DNA of 64,000 nucleotides from Saprospiraceae bacterium (GTDB lineage Bacteria; Bacteroidota; Bacteroidia; Chitinophagales; Saprospiraceae): NCBI GenBank assembly GCA_020436935.1, contig JAGQWX010000018.1, positions 19,529 to 83,528 of the forward strand, read 5' to 3'. Shown piece by piece: positions 60,408 to 64,000 of this stretch (position 1 is its first letter; each line of letters starts with the position of its first letter). The notes under the pieces were generated by a model. It saw only the letters and a program-made list of their open reading frames with translations, ran no database searches and was not told where the DNA came from. The position numbers and the translations under genes were made by a program.

Positions 60408-60445
60408 GCGGCAAATGTCATTATGGCGTTTGCCGCTTTTATTTA
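60408..60445. terminator. Bidirectional terminator between convergent genes
   Basis: gcggcaaatg...cgtttgccgc stem followed by ttttatttatt. Confidence 0.5.
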
Positions 60446-60473
60446 TTGGAAAACCCTTCTTTTGATTTTTAAA

Positions 60474-60977
60474 TCAATATTCGGGAGCCAACTGTGCTAC
60501 CTTCAAAAATCCTTTAAGATTCTCCAGATAGTCTTCTTCAGCATGGGTGTGGTGACCACCCAAATAGTGCATGCCCAGATAATCGGCAGATGCTATGAAG
60601 GGAAGGAAAAAGTCGGTGCCCAAATTGTTGCCTAAGGAGATGGTGATGACGGCCATGTTTTTGCCCCGGAGTTTCCTGCCAAGGTCTTTTTCTATCGTCA
60701 ATAAATCAGACATGCGGTCAAAAAATACCTTCATGATGCCGCTCATAGCGTACCAGTATACAGGACTTACAAAAACAAGCGTATCATTTTCTTCTATGAT
60801 TTTTCGGATCAAGGGCAGAAAATCATCCCCCTTGTTGAGGTGCTCGTAATCATAATATGAAAATTGATATTCATTCAAATCATAAACATCCGCCCTTGTC
60901 AAATTGGTAATGTGCTGCACCAGTTTTGTGGTGTCACCATCATTTCTTGAACTTCCCGCAACAATAGCAATTTTCAA
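60474..60977 (-). CDS. Flavodoxin-like NAD(P)H-dependent FMN reductase family protein
   Basis: MKIAIVAGSSRNDGDTTKL N-terminus typical of FMN_red. 167 aa. Confidence 0.7.
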   Translation of the reverse strand: MKIAIVAGSSRNDGDTTKLVQHITNLTRADVYDLNEYQFSYYDYEHLNKGDDFLPLIRKIIEENDTLVFVSPVYWYAMSGIMKVFFDRMSDLLTIEKDLGRKLRGKNMAVITISLGNNLGTDFFLPFIASADYLGMHYLGGHHTHAEEDYLENLKGFLKVAQLAPEY

Positions 60978-61137
60978 ATTTGTTGGAATTTAGATTTTGA
61001 ATATGTTAGCTACTGGTGCCGATCCTACATGAAGAGGTTAAAGTGCACAGTATGCTAATGACATGCAAAATCATTCTTTTCACTGGAATTTTTAAATTTT
61101 GAACGTCTTTTTTGGCGGGTTGAAGAAGCAATATTTA

Positions 61138-61884
61138 TTAATAAAAATTGAAGTTCAGTCCTAGAGTCAGATAGGTTTTGTCCTGAGGAAAGTCAGAATG
61201 GCTGGCATTGACGCTGAAGCCATATTGCAGCTGAAATTTTAACTTTTCAATTCCGGCGCGCAAAGTTAATGCAGGTTCAATGAGGATGCTGGATGCATTG
61301 TTTTCCAGGTAATCGACTTGATTGTCACCTTCGTAGATCAGGCTTCCTTCTATTTTATTATAGGACAAATGAGCGATTCTGGAAGAAATGGCTGCAGAGA
61401 AATATTTTGATTTATATCCAAAAGATGGCTGAATGCCAATTCGCAAAAGTCCGGCTGAAATATCTCCGGTGGTTTGCGGGTTTGCAGCCAATGTAGATGG
61501 AAGGTGATTTTCAAAAGAGCCAAATCCTAGGATAGCATAGGTGTCAAAAACGAATTTTTCACTTACCGGTTTGAAATATCCGGCACCCACTTCCAAAAAT
61601 TTGCCCGATCCGCCATTTCCATTATCCAGGTCCGGAGGTATAAATAAGCCGCCGTTGGCCTTGATTGCCACCTGGTCACTTACACCATAGGCACCCTGAA
61701 ATTCCACCTGATTGCCATTGCCCGACAAGGTCAGGTTGGTTTCCCCTTTTTGCGAAATCAGTGGTACGTTTTGTGTGTTAGGCGTATAAAATTTTGGATT
61801 GCAGGATACCGAAAGAATCATTAGAGATAAAAAGCTCGTTGTAACAAATATTTGTCTCATAATTTTGGTTTTTTTCAAGATCAA
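61138..61884 (-). CDS. Small outer-membrane beta-barrel lipoprotein-like protein
   Basis: Signal/lipobox (LSVSCN). Gly/Asn-rich alternating strands. C-terminal …LNFNFY. Confidence 0.5.
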   Translation of the reverse strand: MILKKTKIMRQIFVTTSFLSLMILSVSCNPKFYTPNTQNVPLISQKGETNLTLSGNGNQVEFQGAYGVSDQVAIKANGGLFIPPDLDNGNGGSGKFLEVGAGYFKPVSEKFVFDTYAILGFGSFENHLPSTLAANPQTTGDISAGLLRIGIQPSFGYKSKYFSAAISSRIAHLSYNKIEGSLIYEGDNQVDYLENNASSILIEPALTLRAGIEKLKFQLQYGFSVNASHSDFPQDKTYLTLGLNFNFY

Positions 61885-61994
61885 CGTTTAGCTAAAATTA
61901 TAAGTTTTATATCAAACATGGTATATTTATCACCTGCTTTTATACTCAGAGCGTAAAATTTACTATCATCGTATACTCAAAAAGTTATTACCAC

Positions 61995-63287
61995 ATGAAG
62001 CAATATATATTGTCCTGGGTGATCCTTGGCTTCTTCTTGACAGGATGTAAAACTAAGCCACAACATCATCAACATCATTCAGATCATAAAGCAGGGGTAG
62101 TTGAAGAAAACGCTAAAGAAAGAATTGATTCACTTTTCAAAAAACTGGTCGCCGACCGCAACGTCGGTGGCATATCAGCATTGATTTATGAAAAAGACAA
62201 GGAAGTATATTACAATGCCTTTGGAGCTCAGAATGAAGAGAAAAAGATTCCCATGTCGCGTCAGACCATCGTGCAGATATGGTCGATGACCAAGCCATTG
62301 ACGGGCACAGCATTGATGACACTTTATGAAAAAGGTCTTTTCAATCTCGACGACCCATTGACCAAATATTTCCAGGATTTCAGAGATATGAAAGTTTTTG
62401 TGGGAATGGATGCCAGTGGACAACCCATTTTTGAACCCGCCAAAAGACAAATCACCATTAGAGACATCACCCGCCATACCGCCGGTTTTGCCAACAATGG
62501 TTCCAAAGAATATGTAGGACCACTGTACCGGGAAGCCAATCTGCTGGATAGAAATTCCAATCTCCAGGAGATGATGAAGAAACTGGCAAAGTTGCCATTG
62601 ATATTCCACCCCGGAGAAGAATGGTCATATGGAGTGTGTGTAGATGTCCAGGCTGCACTTGTAGAGAAGCTCAGCGGCAAACCTTTTTATGAATATCTGA
62701 AGTCTGCCGTCCTTGATCCGCTGGAAATGAAAGATACAAGATATTATGTTCCAGCATGGGATCAGGACCGACTCTCGGCCGTATATTTTAGAGCTGGTGA
62801 GGGCAACCTCACCCAGAGACCAGACTCCCAGGCCATAGCCTACAATACTTTTCCATACCCCATGACTCCTGGGGGTTATGGCCTCACCTCCACCCTCGAT
62901 GACTATATGAATTTCGCAAGGATGATGGTCCACGGTGGAGAACTCAACGGCAAAAGAATATTGAAAGAAAGCACGGTAAAGCTGATGTCCACCAATCAAC
63001 TCGACGAAAGCGTCACCAAAAGAATGTGGCTGCCCGACCGAGGCCAGGTAGGCTTTGGAATAGACTTTGCCGTCAGACTGAAGCCGCCCGTGTCTGCAGA
63101 AGAAAACAATGGCGTTGTAGGAGAATTTTTCTGGGACGGTGCCGCCAGCACGCTCTTCTGGGTAGATCCCGTCAATCAACTCACCGCCGTAATGATGGTA
63201 CAACTTTTTCCATACGATCAAATCAAATTGCACAATAAATTCAGAGATGCCGTGTATGGTGAATATGTCCCGGGGGAACAGAAATAG
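61995..63287 (+). CDS. Serine hydrolase of the beta-lactamase (class C/PBP-like) family
   Basis: SMTK (S-x-x-K) active-site motif. Lipoprotein signal (FFLTGCK). 430 aa. Confidence 0.8.
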   Translation: MKQYILSWVILGFFLTGCKTKPQHHQHHSDHKAGVVEENAKERIDSLFKKLVADRNVGGISALIYEKDKEVYYNAFGAQNEEKKIPMSRQTIVQIWSMTKPLTGTALMTLYEKGLFNLDDPLTKYFQDFRDMKVFVGMDASGQPIFEPAKRQITIRDITRHTAGFANNGSKEYVGPLYREANLLDRNSNLQEMMKKLAKLPLIFHPGEEWSYGVCVDVQAALVEKLSGKPFYEYLKSAVLDPLEMKDTRYYVPAWDQDRLSAVYFRAGEGNLTQRPDSQAIAYNTFPYPMTPGGYGLTSTLDDYMNFARMMVHGGELNGKRILKESTVKLMSTNQLDESVTKRMWLPDRGQVGFGIDFAVRLKPPVSAEENNGVVGEFFWDGAASTLFWVDPVNQLTAVMMVQLFPYDQIKLHNKFRDAVYGEYVPGEQK

Positions 63288-63290
63288 CAG

Positions 63291-63620
63291 GTGGTCTTTG
63301 GATTTTTTTGGATGTTGGCGTTTTGGCTTATTGGCATTTTGGGATTTGGCTTTCTGGAGTTCCAATCCGTAATTCGTAATTTAAAAAAGAGCGCGCGGCA
63401 AAAGGAGGAGGTCTTTGGTCTTTAGGTGCTGGTCTTTAACACTTTTGGATGTTGGCAAATTAGCTTAATGGCTCAAAATCCACACCAAAATCCTTTAACT
63501 TTTAACTTTTAACACTTAACCCGTTATCTCTCGCAATGGCGCAAAGAGGTGGTGAAAATTGAGAACGCAAAGATTTCAGAGGTCACCTTTAAGACATTAA
63601 GATTATAAATGATCTGAGCC
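63291..63620. repeat. Composite intergenic repeat, copy 2 (inverted relative to 17441..17950)
   Basis: 63524-63604 is the reverse complement of the 17597-17680 core. ggtctttggtctttaggtgctggtctttaacac (63395-63430) and tccgtaattcgtaatt (63366-63385) are reverse complements of motifs in copy 1. Confidence 0.6.
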
Positions 63621-64000
63621 TTAAGCTTTGGTTCCGTTTTAAAAATGAGATGTTATCTCAACGTATTTCTGCGCAGCTTTTAGCGATTTCCGCAGGAAAA
63701 TCATGGTCGGGCACATTCAACACCTTCGGAGTTGGAGGCTTTTTACCCTTGGCCCCAAACTGCACTTTGTTTGTATGGGGTTATTTATATTCAACCCCAT
63801 CCAGGGTAATGTCTGATAATTTCAATCTTAAATCTCGCCAAGCAGCTAGAGTCGAAACCAGTTTTTACTGGAACCAATAAAAATCTAACACCTTATACTT
63901 CCCCCCCCAACTTCAAAGAAGCGCCAAAAAAACTGACCTATCATGAAATACGTTGACATAAGAAATGTGGAAAACTTCTTCTAAATTTATAAGAATGAAA

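Overview
This 64-kb window is chromosomal DNA from a Bacteroidetes-type organism. The taxon call rests on a T9SS type-B C-terminal domain, SusC-like CarboxypepD_reg/TonB receptor architecture, HisKA_2 and LytS/LytTR regulators, an OXA-like lipoprotein and Bacteroidetes-style promoters. The second half is a conserved housekeeping backbone: panC, ppx, hemE, accD, a flotillin/NfeD pair, the nitrogen-assimilation cluster glnK-amt-porin-gltB-gltD, and a TonB-dependent receptor with a PepSY-TM partner. The first ~25 kb is accessory-like. It holds an FG-GAP secreted protein and an IPTL-CTERM-like sorted protein. It holds a TPR-LytS/LytTR two-component pair. It holds an AT-rich cassette with a streptopain-like C10 cysteine protease and a small lipoprotein, bracketed by diverged direct repeats that include a 3' remnant of the neighbouring GH43/ricin-B gene. 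It holds a secreted unknown protein and a class D (OXA-like) beta-lactamase directly downstream of an IS200-like HUH transposase-like gene. That transposase-like gene carries an in-frame 28-bp perfect palindrome plus 18-bp tandem repeats. It also holds a Tat-dependent Gfo/Idh/MocA oxidoreductase, a 1029-aa Asn-rich secreted protein, tatC, a LamG/T9SS protein, a pentapeptide-repeat protein and a DPP-IV-like S9 peptidase. Two non-coding repeat families are visible by eye, each present in two inverted copies. One is a ~165-175-bp MITE-like element with terminal inverted repeats at about 24.1 kb and 32.3 kb. The other is a composite intergenic repeat with an ~80-bp conserved core and AAGACCA-type short tandem motifs at about 17.5 kb and 63.4 kb. 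The most unusual protein is a secreted MORN-repeat protein fused to an intact caspase (C14) His/Cys domain. No rRNA, tRNA or CRISPR array was found.
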